Assembly (NCBI GenBank): GCA_048772705.1 | Contig: JBLWGC010000092.1 | Location: 62,001-126,000, forward strand | Direction of reading: 5' to 3' | From: Leidyana gryllorum EB-2025a | Taxonomy: Eukaryota > Protista > Apicomplexa | DNA: 64,000 nt | Shown here: positions 45,937 to 56,865 of the stretch, one piece after another | Position numbering within the stretch: position 1 is the first letter of the stretch | Layout of the letters: every line of letters begins with the position of its first letter | The notes under the pieces: model-generated | What the model saw: only the letters and a program-made list of their open reading frames with translations | What the model was told of the DNA's origin: nothing | Database searches by the model: none | Made by a program: the position numbers and the translations under genes

Positions 45937-46121
45937 ACAGCTCAGTCGACAATAGTAGCTTAGCGCTGTTTCTTTGTTGACTATCGACATTTCACCTGTA
46001 AAGGCTGCCTCGATGGAAAACGAAATCCACTAACCTAAGTACTACAATCCTATCCCTCGCCAATAATGGAACAGTTCGTTGCACATTGTGCAGAGCAAAC
46101 TTCTGACTAGAGTAATGTAGA

Positions 46122-46551
46122 ATGGCTACTCATTGCCCCTTCCTAAAGTTCTGTCAACAATGCCAGCACGATGAGTGGGTAGTGGGAGATGACTGTATGT
46201 GGTGTTTTGACCCGCTCACTAATTCAGGCGCTTGCCTGTCAAGACGACTACATGTATGCGATGGAGTCGAAATCGAGTCGTACAGCGAGTGTACTGATGC
46301 TGGCTACCCACTATGGGGGATAACACTCGTGTGCTGCAGTGGTTAGTCAATATTGTTCGTGTACACACCGTCGCTCCATTGTCTAAACAGGTCTGGTCAT
46401 TGTGCTGGTGATGCACATCGGTCTGTGGCTCCTCTCTTCTTTCGCACGTCACGTGTTGAAACAGAAACGGAAACCCTCACCGCCCAAGCAACGACATTCC
46501 ACCAAGGAGCCGTCGGGGTCAGACACGGCGACTTCCTCACCACTGTACTGA
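46122..46551 (+). CDS. Small Cys-rich (PSI-like) single-pass membrane protein
   Basis: C...CQQC...CMWC...GAC...C...C, then hydrophobic LWGITLVCCS|GLVIVLVMHIGLWLL via intron 46342-46390, then a basic tail. Confidence 0.45.
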
Positions 46552-46667
46552 CCAGCTCACTCGTACGTGGATCAGCTCCCAAGGGGTGTATATGTGGAGC
46601 TATCTTCGTCACCCAACTTCGTTTTGTCGTCGAAACACCCACTCCGCAAGTCCTTGACCTGGCTGCA

Positions 46668-47682
46668 TCAACCATCCATCATATTATCGTCATCCATTTG
46701 GCCTTCGCTTCCGACGTTGGGAGGCAGCGTGTAGACCGGTCCTCCAGTCCGCCGTGCTGCAGCTCTTGTGAGCAGCTCTTTAGTATTCTGAGATGTTATC
46801 CTCAGCGCTTCTTGCGGGTTGGTGAAGCCTAACATCTGAAGAAGGGCCGTCAAGTCAGTGGGCGCTCTCATTGCCAGTGGAGTTGTCGCTCCCGTGCTCA
46901 GAATCAGCCTGGACGGCGGGAGGTATCTGGTGATGTACGGAAGATTCTTGAACAAGTTTTTACAGCTCCGAGGATCCTGGAGTGCTCGATCCAAACACAC
47001 TTCAATGTAGATATTTTGGCTGTACGTACGCACATTCAGTGGCACTGGAACGGTAAATCTTTGCTTACCGAGCAGCCAGCCCCAATTGAGCTCGTCTTAC
47101 AGTGAAGGGCATTCTGGCATCGTACAAATCCAGCGAGACCATATCAACCATTCCCTGCGGGCAGCAGAGTGAAGAAATCGGGATAAGTACTGATAACCCA
47201 CCTGATTCAGGGTGTGATGCCAACTCTTTTCGTCAGTGATGTCCATCGATACCACATCGTATATCCCATTGGGGCCCGTGGCTTGTGATGCTTGCGTCCG
47301 CATGAAGCTGTGTACCATAGCAGAGTCATTGGGACCTGTAACCGTGACGTGCAGCCGGCTGATCTGCAGGAGGTCAGTGGATCGCTCTGGAGGGGTTGTC
47401 AGGTTGAAGGTGGCCAAATCATGAGCCAACCGAACGTCATTCGACGCCACCCGTCTCCGAGGGCCCTGAGAAGAGTAAATTTGGACACGAGATTCTTACG
47501 GGTAGTACGCTGGTGGGTTGGGCAACTCTCTCTTGTTCTTTCTTGTGGGTTTTGAAGGTATTCGGGCTCAACTTCTCTATGAGAGTCGTGAAAGCTATTC
47601 CATGGTATCCCAATGCCCTGGCTTCTTCCAGCAGTGCAGGTGCAGTGGCTTTGTTGTAGGGTACCCGGAAGTCAATGTACAT
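46668..47682 (-). CDS. RPP30: RNase P/MRP subunit RPP30 (Rpp1), multi-exon
   Basis: MYIDF...LGYHGIAF, SRLHVTV, YDVVS, IYIEVC..AL.D, LILSTGA.TPLAMRAP.DL..LL..LGF. Confidence 0.87.
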
Positions 47683-47702
47683 CTCCTTCGAAAAAACCCA
47701 AA

Positions 47703-50700
47703 ATGGCCGCGACCTTGCGGCTGGTGAGCCGTCTTGGCCTTCCTTTGATACGGAGAGATATCTGGTTCCTCATTCTAGCACTCTACCCGCTCATAATCAC
47801 CCTCGTGAGTTGCACACACGCACTATTGGTTACAAACTGTATGGGTCCAGACGTACACCACATGGGACTTGTGGCATCCAACGGCTAATGAGATTCTCTC
47901 GGGAGTGGAGCTCTATTGCCCATTGACTCAAACCAACACTTGCCCGAATGTGCGATGGCTCTTTGACATTGTTCAACGTTTGCCTCCTGGCGTTCCTGGT
48001 GCTTACCCGAGCGACGACGTTCCGGTGGAGTTCATCGAGCCACTGCTCCAGAGTAACAATCTGGCCCTTCTTTTGTATGCTGGCTGGGGTATAATCGTCA
48101 CTCTCACGGCCTTGGCATTCTTGTTGCCCCACTGGAGCACCAAGTATGCTTGCTGGGCTTTGTATAAGAACGCACAGAGTCTCGAGACTGCAACTCACAT
48201 CTTAGTTCTTGCTCCTGGCAAGAAAGGTGTATTTTGCCCGCTTCGCACAGGCACTCGTTTCAAAGACGCCAAGGATCGATCTGAGTTGGAACAGGTGAAG
48301 CTCATAAGTTACCTGAAGAAGACCTTCCATGTGGCTTACGCCGACTCAGTGAAGAACACTGGGACTGATGCCAAGCTCACCAAGCGTCTACAAAAGTACC
48401 TAACGGTTGGGAGTGATCGAGCGTTGGCGCTCTTCCCGCTGCAGTACGACATGGACTGTCCCATCAGTTATTACCAGAAGAAGCTGGACGGCCCCGGAAT
48501 CCCCGATCAGAGAGCGGTTTCCCGGCACACCGAAGTTTTCGGGAAGAACGAGCAAGACATACCTATTCCGTCTTTCATAGAGCTGTTTGGAGAACACGCG
48601 CGTGCGCCACTCTTTGTGTTCCAGATATTCTGCTTACTTTTGTGGCTCATCGATGAGTACTGGCAGTACAGTATGATGACATTGGGGATACTGGTGATGT
48701 TCGAAGGACAGATGGTTCACAGAGTGAGTCTTCGCAGCCCACTGCTTGCTGCTTTCATCACCCACATCCCTGACAGAGGAGGAAGGATTTGGGAATGATC
48801 AAAGGGATGCATATGCCCCCCATACCCATTGCTGTTCGCCGTGGAGGTCGATGGTATGTAATGTCATCCGTGGATCTGCTCCCCGGCGATGTTTTTTCGT
48901 TGGCAATGGCCAAAGATCTCAAGACTCTGAGCCCCTATCCCGGTGGTTCCCCCATACCGACTGCTCGATTCACGGGCGAAGAGCAATCAGTGTCGAGTCC
49001 TTGTGATGCAGTTTTGCTGAGCGGATCTGCCATTGTCAACGAGGCTATGCTCACAGGCGAGAGTCTCCCTCAGATGAAAACTGCTCTGGACTTTGTTGGA
49101 GTGAGTGTCCAGTGGCCAACCCCCTTCCACACGGTGCTTCCGACTCTTCTTAGGTTTCTGAGGAAGAGTGTTTGGCTGTGCAGCTGAAACACAAAGGCAG
49201 TGTTCTGTTCGCGGGCACTTCAGTGTTGACCGAACAACAGGGCAACGACAAATCCATTGATGGAGCTATTTGCTACTGTTTGAGGACGGGCTTCCAGACT
49301 ACACAAGGAAAGCTCATCCGCACTGTACTGTACAGCTCAGAGCGCGCTACTGCAGCGTCCACCGAAGCCATGTGGTTCCTCTTAGTTCTTCTGGTAGTGG
49401 CGGTGCTCGCGTCCGGATATGTGCTCAAGGCGAGTTGGGGTTTGCCCAACCGAAACCACTTTAAGCTCCTGCTACATTGTGTGATGATCATCACCTCGGT
49501 AGTGCCGCCTGAGCTCCCGGTGACAATGTCGATGACTGTTACTCTGGCGCTGGCGGGCTTATTCAAGAAAAAGTTGTACTGCACTGAGCCCTTCCGGATT
49601 CCCTCGGCGGGCAAACTTACCATGTGCTGTTTCGATAAGACGGGGACCCTCACATCGAGTGAAGTCGTTCTGGAAGCGTTGGTGGGGCTCCCGCGTCAAG
49701 ACGCCGGTAAAGTGGATATGCTTAAGGTTGACGCCGCTCGTCTGGACGATCCGAGCCAGTTCAACGTTGACGCCTGGGAGACACACGCTTCCAGCGGGGG
49801 CACCAAAGCTGACCTGGGGGAGCTTCCCCATGCGTGTCAAGTCGTTATGGCCTGTTGTCACTCTCTGGTGGCAGTTGCCAAAAAACGCCAATTACCATTG
49901 TCAATGCGGACCAAAGGGAATATTGAGACCCAAATACTCGGTGACCCATTGGAACGCACTGCTATGGAACGTACAGAGTGGAAACCTCGTATGGGACAAA
50001 CCGGCGAGTTGATCGGCCCCAATGACTCGGTTGCGACCATACTGAAGAGATATGCGTTTGCTTCCGAGCACCAACGTATGACAGTTGTGGCCAAGTTCCC
50101 ACATCCTGAAACCGGTAAACCGGTGGTGTACGGTGAGTCTGGACACTCTTTCTGCCATGAAATGACGCGTCTGTAGTCACTTGTAAAGGAGCAGCGGAAA
50201 GGGTGGGGACACTGCTGGCTCACGTTCCGGCGTGGTATCGCGACACGGTTGAGAAACTCGCACTCAATGGTCGGCGCGTGCTCGCTATGGCGATAAAGGT
50301 GTGGGAGAAGGATGAAGCGGCCATCAAGACCGCTACGAGACAAGAATTGGAGTCGAACCTCCATTTCTGTGGCTTGTTGGTATATGGATGTCCCATCAAG
50401 CCTAAAACCAAAGAAACTCTGGCGATTCTTCGACAATCTGGCCATGGCCTCATGATGATCACTGGCGACGACCCACGCACAGCGGCATATGTACGTGGTG
50501 CGAACACCTGCTTTGCCAAATTCGTGTGCTTCTGCAGATCGCGTTGGACACCGGTTTGACTCCTTCGGAGAAAGACGTGTATTTCGTGAAAGGCATCGTC
50601 GATAGCGATGACAAAGATGTTCAGCATCTTCTCCTCGAGAGCCGGGATAAGCAAAAGACGTCCCAAATCCATGTCCACCAAATAGAGTAAGTTGACTGGA

Positions 50701-52253
50701 GCTGGCTGTCGTTGATATCTTATGACTCAGCCACGCATACAGCACGGACCCGGAGTGGTTCCACACCAAAGCACTGACTTTGACGGGCAAGGATTTGCAG
50801 CTGATGAAACCTGAGACTCAAAAGTGGTTGGTTCCACACACTTCAATCTTCGCGCGAGTGACACCGAAGGATAAGGTGAGTAGTGGGACAGCTCCAGCCA
50901 CGTTGACTGCAAATTGTCGTCAGGAATTCATTTTGCGTCTCTTGGCGGCGGAAGGAGAAACCACTTTGATGTGTGGTGACGGAACCAATGATGTGGGCGC
51001 GCTGAAAGCAGCCAACGTTGGGATTTCGTTGCTCAACTTTGACATAGAGAAGATCAAACAGAACAAAAAGAAGCAAATGGATGCCATTGCGCGTCAGGAA
51101 CGCATGACAGAGACTCTGGAAGAGAGTAGAAAGCGTCGGATGGACTTGGGTCTGACAGCAAAACAGATTGCGCAGCTGGAAAAGGTGGAAGCTAATCTGC
51201 GTCAGCAGGAGGCGGGTTTCGGATTGCTGCCTGCAGCCCTGCGGGATCGATTCGTGAGCGCTATGCGAAAGACAGTTGCGCAGAGTGAGGAGAATATGGC
51301 CCAAGCTAATCTGGCCAAGGCGGCTGGCCACCAGCCCGGGGGGGCTTCACCCCTGAAGGATATAAGTCAGGCTCTGGAGGACGAAATGCCAATGTTGAAG
51401 CCCGGTGATGCTTCGATGGCCTCTCCTTTTACGTATAGAGGGCAGACCATCAAGTGCGTGAAGCTTCTGGTGCGGTCTGGGAAGGGTACACTAGCGACAG
51501 TGATGATGATGTATAAGCTGATGGCCCTCAACTCGTTGACCACGGCATTCTCCTTGTCGGTTTTGACGCTGAACGGTGTCAAACTGGGGGACCGCCAAAC
51601 CACCATTGAGTCACTGTTCATCAGTGCCCTGTTCATGGCGGCGAGCAACGCACGGGTGAGTAGGCTGGAACAACTTGTTTTCAACTCCATATTTCAGAGT
51701 GCCAAGAAGATCACTCAGGATCGAGTGATCGATTCTCTCTTCGACCCGTACTTTTATACCAGTATAATATTGCAAAGTGTGGTGCACATCAGTACTTGTT
51801 CCATCGCTTGGTTTCTGGCCTCATTGTACGGTCCGGCTAGTGCTGAAATGGACGGTCCCTTCAAGCCCAATCTGGTGAACACTGTCATCTGGTTGCTCTC
51901 GGCTGCGCAACATGCAGCCTCATTCACCGCGAATTACGAAGGCGACCCATTCTTGATTTCAATGAAAGAAAACAAAGTTCTACACAAAGGTAAATTCAAT
52001 AGTGGGTATGTATGTATCATATGAAATGCCAATAGGCTTGATGGTATTCATCGGGGCTCTATTCTTCATCGCGATGGAATCGTTGCCGATACTAAATTCT
52101 GGTCTTCAATTGGTTCCCTTCCCCAACCCCACTTTCCGATATGCCATTGTGGCTCTGATTGGCCTCGATCTTGCTCTCTCCACTGCCGTGGGCAAATACT
52201 GCACAATGATTGGACGTCGGAGAATGACCCAAGCATTGCGAAGAGATTTGTGA
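47703..52253 (+). CDS. ATP13A1: P5A-type ATPase (ATP13A1/Spf1), multi-exon
   Basis: PLFVFQIFC..LW.IDEYWQYS, NEAMLTGES, TSVVPPELP, CCFDKTGTLT, MITGDD, MCGDGTNDVGALK, GDASMASPFT, FKPNLVNT. Confidence 0.94.
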
Positions 52254-52264
52254 CCGATATGACT

Positions 52265-55200
52265 TCACCTTCGTGACTGTCCTGCCGTTCTGTTCATTGC
52301 GAAGTATAGCCCTCCCTGCATTTGTACTAAGCCTGTCTTCTGCATAGTATAGAGAGTGGAGTTGAATTTGGTCTCATTGAACGATGGGAACTTTCGCAAC
52401 ACTGCACTATTCAATTTCGCCAGAGGTACACCGAGTGGTAAACCTCCCTGACGCTTCTCTTCCTCCAACAGAAGGGCCAACACGTATCGCTGTACCTCAT
52501 CTCCCGTCACCTTGAATTTCTCCTCATTCTCTCTCTCCAAAAGCGTCTCCGCATCTTCATCTTCGTCGTCGTCATCCACCTCTCCACCACTAATCGTCGT
52601 TAGCATCATGTCTTTGTCACCGGCACCCCCCGATGTATGCGATTGGTCTTGGGTTCCTTTGTTCTCAACGTCCTGTCTCTCACTATATGACTCTTCTCGA
52701 ACCGACGAGGTGGCCGCTGCAGACCCTCGCCCAAATTTGATCCGTACTTTGGCGTTCCATCGACCTTTGGTACCATTTCCATCGCCCATCAATCTATGGA
52801 TCAGTCCCGCGCCCTCCAAGCCGTCCAAAGCCCGAGTCATCACATCGTCTTTCACGTCCAAGTTCAGGTGCTCTGATACTGTTCGCACATCGGCAGATCC
52901 GTCTTCCTTCGAACTCAACAAACTCAGAATTTCAGCCTCACAGGCCGGCAGAGAAATCACACGACTCTGTCCTGCGGCATCCACGAGTTTCATCTGGACC
53001 AGAGTTAGAGTGGTGTCAAACACAATGTATCGATTTTCATGTGTTGCACCGTATCTCTGGGCCAATGCTTTCAATCGTCGTCCGATTTCAGTCACAGGAT
53101 CCTTTATCCATCCAGACTTCAGATGGAATCCATCTACACTCCATTCTTGTTCATCATCCACTGAAAATCCGTCACCGTTGTCGTTGTCGTTCTCCTTGCT
53201 ATTCCCATCCAACGGCCATAGTGCTTTCGTGAATGCAAACATTGTGTCCCTCGGTTCTTCGGTCGCTGTCAATGACTCTGTGACGGGCTGTCGGTCAGGG
53301 GAAACAGTATCGATCTTTTCTTCACCCTCGCCCTGGTCTCTCTCTGTGGTATTAGACTTCTGTTCCGCGTCTTCCGTGGACTCGGTGGCGGGGTATCTGC
53401 AGCCGTCGGCCAGTTCCTTCAACACCTGAATCGCCTGTTCGCATGTAGAGATCGCCCCGTCGCCCTTTGAGTTCCCTCGTGTTGTGCTCAGAGCACTTTT
53501 GTACGCCTCAAGTGAAGACAAGGCTTCTGCGACCAGCTTCAATGACGTCTTCGAATCAGCAGTTACTTCGTCTGTCGACTTGGAGATCTGCAACACTTCT
53601 TCGACCATTTCCTTCGCCACTCTGCTGGCGAAGCGTTTGGGACCTCCATGAAGTGCAAGAAAGATCTCCAAAGCCTCATCACGAGATCCCTGTTGCTGCG
53701 GCGCCTTGCGAGTGTTCTTTTTGGATTGTCTGGGCCATCGCCGTGTTTCATCCGGCCCCAGAGTCTCCTTGGACAGTCTCACTGGCCTTCGAGCTAATTT
53801 GGACAGCAGATCTTCGATCTGTTCCACCTGTAGGGTCCCTCCGTTCTCGGCCGCACCATTGGATCTGTGACTCGTCTCCGGGACACTTGGGTCACACGTA
53901 GAGATAAGGGTATCTAAGACGCTAATGTTCAAGTGATGAGCTGACCGTTGCAACGCTAGTGTCAACAGGTCATGGATTCGATCCCATTTGGGTCGTTGCT
54001 CCACCAAACACTGCTGCACTACGCTATGCTCTGCCAAACGGTTTCGCAGATCGTCGTGCAGTCGGAAGAATTCTCGAGCGCAGTTAGGAGCATTTGAAAG
54101 ATGTGCGCCGAGTGCTTTCAGACAGTGAGCGACATCTATGGGACTTGACAGCAACGGGCATAGAAAAGATGAGAGATCCAGATAGCAGGTGAAAGCTGCA
54201 CGATAGTTCAATTTCGGCAGCAATGCGGGTATCGAGCGTGCCACCATATCTTTGAGAGACTCTCGGGTTTTCGTTGCTCCCACCAAACATCTCAGTTGGA
54301 GCAGGGCAGTTGGCAAGGTTGCTGGTATTCGGATGGTCCTGGGTGCTAGATAAGAGTCCAAAATTGTTTTGGTATGGACGGCCATGTTGATGTTCAGCCA
54401 TATCTCCAACAGGACCAGAGCGTCCGGTTCGCAGTCAGAGCAGCCTTGTTGATCCAGCTTCAAGCGCGGAAGTAATCGCTGAGTGGCAGGATCTAAAATG
54501 CTGGTGACAGAATGGGATGACCGGCGGAGACATGTTTCACACATCTGACTGAATAATGGTCGAATGGCTTTCAACCAGAGCTCCAATTGAGCAAGTGGAG
54601 AAGTGAACTGCATTGCCGGATCTGTAGTATCTGTGGCGTTCTGTAATACGATATTGGCCAGAACTATGATTATCTGAAGCCGCGCACTTTGAAACGCCAA
54701 CTTGGAGTCGTGGAATGAGTGTTTTATCTCGTGCAAGCACTGCTCAAAGTCCCTTTCGAAGTCGGCAGGGGCTGAAGGCAAAGACTTGATTAGCTTTCGT
54801 GTGATGCGGCGGGGCGACGGGCGAGCGGCTACTAATTGGCACTGTTGTGGGTGTGTATGCAGCAGGATTCTGAGAATGTGGGACAATTGAGAGGCGACAT
54901 GTGTGGCAAAGTGTATGCTCTGACTGCCGATTAAGGGCTGACGGTGGTTGAATACTTGATTAAGGAGGGTCAGAATGTGTGTCCACACACATGGATCGTC
55001 GCGGTGCAACACAATTCCGCCGTGTGACAGAGCTGCTGTTCTTCGTCTAAGGCGTGCCAGGAAGGCTCGGCGGACGATACGGGTTGGTTTAGGCGACTGT
55101 TGAGAGAGAAATGTGAGAAAAGGCGAGGGGGAGCATATTGGATGTGGGGGTCGTGATTCTGGTGCTGGTTTGGCGAAGGTGTTTGGTTTTGATTTCCGGT

Positions 55201-55270
55201 GTGGTGTGATGGTAAGCGACGGCCGGGTGGTTGGTGGGGGCTGCGTATAGCGGAAGTGGGGAGAAGGCAT
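52265..55270 (-). CDS. Divergent APC2 / cullin-homology protein
   Basis: Cullin-like segment (ALWPL...RYGATHENRYIVFDTTLTLVQMKL...EAEILSLL) and an APC2-type C-terminal winged helix (QRYVLALL...PLAKL...TMQKTGLVQMQGGLY). Confidence 0.62.
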   Translation of the reverse strand: MPSPHFRYTQPPPTTRPSLTITPHRKSKPNTFAKPAPESRPPHPICSPSPFLTFLSQQSPKPTRIVRRAFLARLRRRTAALSHGGIVLHRDDPCVWTHILTLLNQVFNHRQPLIGSQSIHFATHVASQLSHILRILLHTHPQQCQLVAARPSPRRITRKLIKSLPSAPADFERDFEQCLHEIKHSFHDSKLAFQSARLQIIIVLANIVLQNATDTTDPAMQFTSPLAQLELWLKAIRPLFSQMCETCLRRSSHSVTSILDPATQRLLPRLKLDQQGCSDCEPDALVLLEIWLNINMAVHTKTILDSYLAPRTIRIPATLPTALLQLRCLVGATKTRESLKDMVARSIPALLPKLNYRAAFTCYLDLSSFLCPLLSSPIDVAHCLKALGAHLSNAPNCAREFFRLHDDLRNRLAEHSVVQQCLVEQRPKWDRIHDLLTLALQRSAHHLNISVLDTLISTCDPSVPETSHRSNGAAENGGTLQVEQIEDLLSKLARRPVRLSKETLGPDETRRWPRQSKKNTRKAPQQQGSRDEALEIFLALHGGPKRFASRVAKEMVEEVLQISKSTDEVTADSKTSLKLVAEALSSLEAYKSALSTTRGNSKGDGAISTCEQAIQVLKELADGCRYPATESTEDAEQKSNTTERDQGEGEEKIDTVSPDRQPVTESLTATEEPRDTMFAFTKALWPLDGNSKENDNDNGDGFSVDDEQEWSVDGFHLKSGWIKDPVTEIGRRLKALAQRYGATHENRYIVFDTTLTLVQMKLVDAAGQSRVISLPACEAEILSLLSSKEDGSADVRTVSEHLNLDVKDDVMTRALDGLEGAGLIHRLMGDGNGTKGRWNAKVRIKFGRGSAAATSSVREESYSERQDVENKGTQDQSHTSGGAGDKDMMLTTISGGEVDDDDEDEDAETLLERENEEKFKVTGDEVQRYVLALLLEEEKRQGGLPLGVPLAKLNSAVLRKFPSFNETKFNSTLYTMQKTGLVQMQGGLYFAMNRTAGQSRR

Positions 55271-55311
55271 ATATGGTGCAAGCGTTTGTTTTTGTTTTTG
55301 AGAGAGGATTT

Positions 55312-55689
55312 ATGGTGCTACCGCTGACATTATTGCGCGCTGCAGGCAATCAAGCGGTACTGGTGGAGTTGAAGAATGGCGAAACTTACAGTGGCACGTT
55401 AGTAAGCAATGATGGATTCATGAATCTCCACCTCAAGTCGGTGGTATGTACGGCGAAGAACGGCGACCGTTTTTGGAAGATGCCAGTATGCTATATAAGA
55501 GGAAGTTCGATCAAGCTGGTTCGATTCAGCGAAGCAGTGGTAGCTTCTGCCCGTGAAAACCCCGCGGCCTTTGCGCCTCCCCAGCAGCAAGTGCGAAAGG
55601 ATCTGGGTAGAGGACGAGGGAGTAACCGAGGTGGACGGGGTCGGGGTCGTGGAGGGCGAGGTGGTGGCGGTTTCACACCTCAAAAGTAG
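55312..55689 (+). CDS. LSM4: U6 snRNA-associated Sm-like protein LSm4
   Basis: MVLPLTLLRAA...LVELKNGETYSG.L...D.FMNLHL..V.CT...GDRFWKMP.CYIRG..IK; RGG tail. Confidence 0.95.
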   Translation: MVLPLTLLRAAGNQAVLVELKNGETYSGTLVSNDGFMNLHLKSVVCTAKNGDRFWKMPVCYIRGSSIKLVRFSEAVVASARENPAAFAPPQQQVRKDLGRGRGSNRGGRGRGRGGRGGGGFTPQK

Positions 55690-55715
55690 AAAAAAATTGT
55701 GTTATCGTTTGATGG

Positions 55716-56816
55716 ATGGTAGAGGCAACTAGTCCCGCACAGATAAGAGTAGCATGGCGTCGTCTTCAAGATGTCCCCAAGCTAAGGCTTGAGTTTGACA
55801 GTGCTGACTTCAGGAAGTGGGTGACGGTGGTAGAGTCTATCCTAACCGACTGTCATATTCCTGATGACCTGCGACTCAATCTGCTGATACCGATGATGCC
55901 AGCCGAAGCCAAACGTTTGGTTTATGAAGGCGGTTGCTTCTGCTGGAACGACGCGCATGAAGTGATACGAACACACTTGTTCAACGACCAACCTCCGCCA
56001 AACGCAGACTACTTGGAACTGCTGAATCTGCGTCAGTTGCCGGGTGAACCTCTGGTTGATTTCGCCAAGAGGATAGAACTCAAGGCTAAGCAGGCTCCCG
56101 TTGGATTCGAGTGGCCGGAAAGTGTATTGAGGAGTACCTTCACTCACGGCGTACAAGATCCCCACCTGTCAGTTCTGCTAGTGAAGGCAGAAGTATTTTT
56201 CTCTGACTTGCAAGGAGCCTTGAAGTTCGCTGAGGAGACGGAAGCATCACCCACACACGCGCGAAGGTTGAACAAACAAGATTCTACCTACTCGAAACAG
56301 GCCTCGTTCGCTACTGGCGAACATTCCTCTCTGGTTTGTAGTGGTAATGTGAAGTCGATTGACGAGGCCGCTGATCAAAATGACGGGGAGCCCGATCAGT
56401 TAGACATGGAGATCCTTAATGATATCTTAGAAATCTTACGAATCTCACGACGGACAAGGACGATAAAGGACTACCGGCGATACCTGCGGGCCAATGCGCC
56501 GGGTTTAAGTCCGGAGGAAAGGAAAATGATTTTGGACATGCCGATGGACGATTACGCAGAGGTCTTTTTTGTGGTGGAGATGATTCCCTGGTTCTTTCCG
56601 TGGGGTACCATGCGCTTCGGGCGACCGCTCTTCACGTATACAGCCCACGTGCCGAGACTTGGGCGCCTGTTCGCCCACCTGAATGACGGAAAGCCGGTAT
56701 TCACCCCAGGACTCTGGATCGCACGTTTGAAAGAATTGTTCGTTTCGTCCGAAGCGTTCAGTTTGTCAAATTCGGCGACAGATGAGAAGCCCAAGGTGGC
56801 CTCTAAAGTTTGTTGA
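55716..56816 (+). CDS. Solo Ty3/gypsy-like Gag capsid-domain protein with unknown C-terminal domain
   Basis: DFRKWV..VE..L....IPDD.R..LL...M...AK...WND.......F; major-homology-like LRQLPGEPLVDFAKRIELKAKQA; FTHGV.DPHL...L......LQGALKFAEETE; no CCHC knuckle, protease, RT, integrase or LTR visible. Confidence 0.78.
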   Translation: MVEATSPAQIRVAWRRLQDVPKLRLEFDSADFRKWVTVVESILTDCHIPDDLRLNLLIPMMPAEAKRLVYEGGCFCWNDAHEVIRTHLFNDQPPPNADYLELLNLRQLPGEPLVDFAKRIELKAKQAPVGFEWPESVLRSTFTHGVQDPHLSVLLVKAEVFFSDLQGALKFAEETEASPTHARRLNKQDSTYSKQASFATGEHSSLVCSGNVKSIDEAADQNDGEPDQLDMEILNDILEILRISRRTRTIKDYRRYLRANAPGLSPEERKMILDMPMDDYAEVFFVVEMIPWFFPWGTMRFGRPLFTYTAHVPRLGRLFAHLNDGKPVFTPGLWIARLKELFVSSEAFSLSNSATDEKPKVASKVC

Positions 56817-56865
56817 TCACCGTACCCGTTCGAGAGGTGCATAGTGTGGCAACCACACAGATACC

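Noticed and set aside
42776-45990. Long antisense ORFs (363 aa and 462 aa) opposite both EF1-alpha genes
   Set aside because: Shadow ORFs caused by strong codon bias in highly expressed genes; the same effect is seen opposite PDI-2 (18518-19384)
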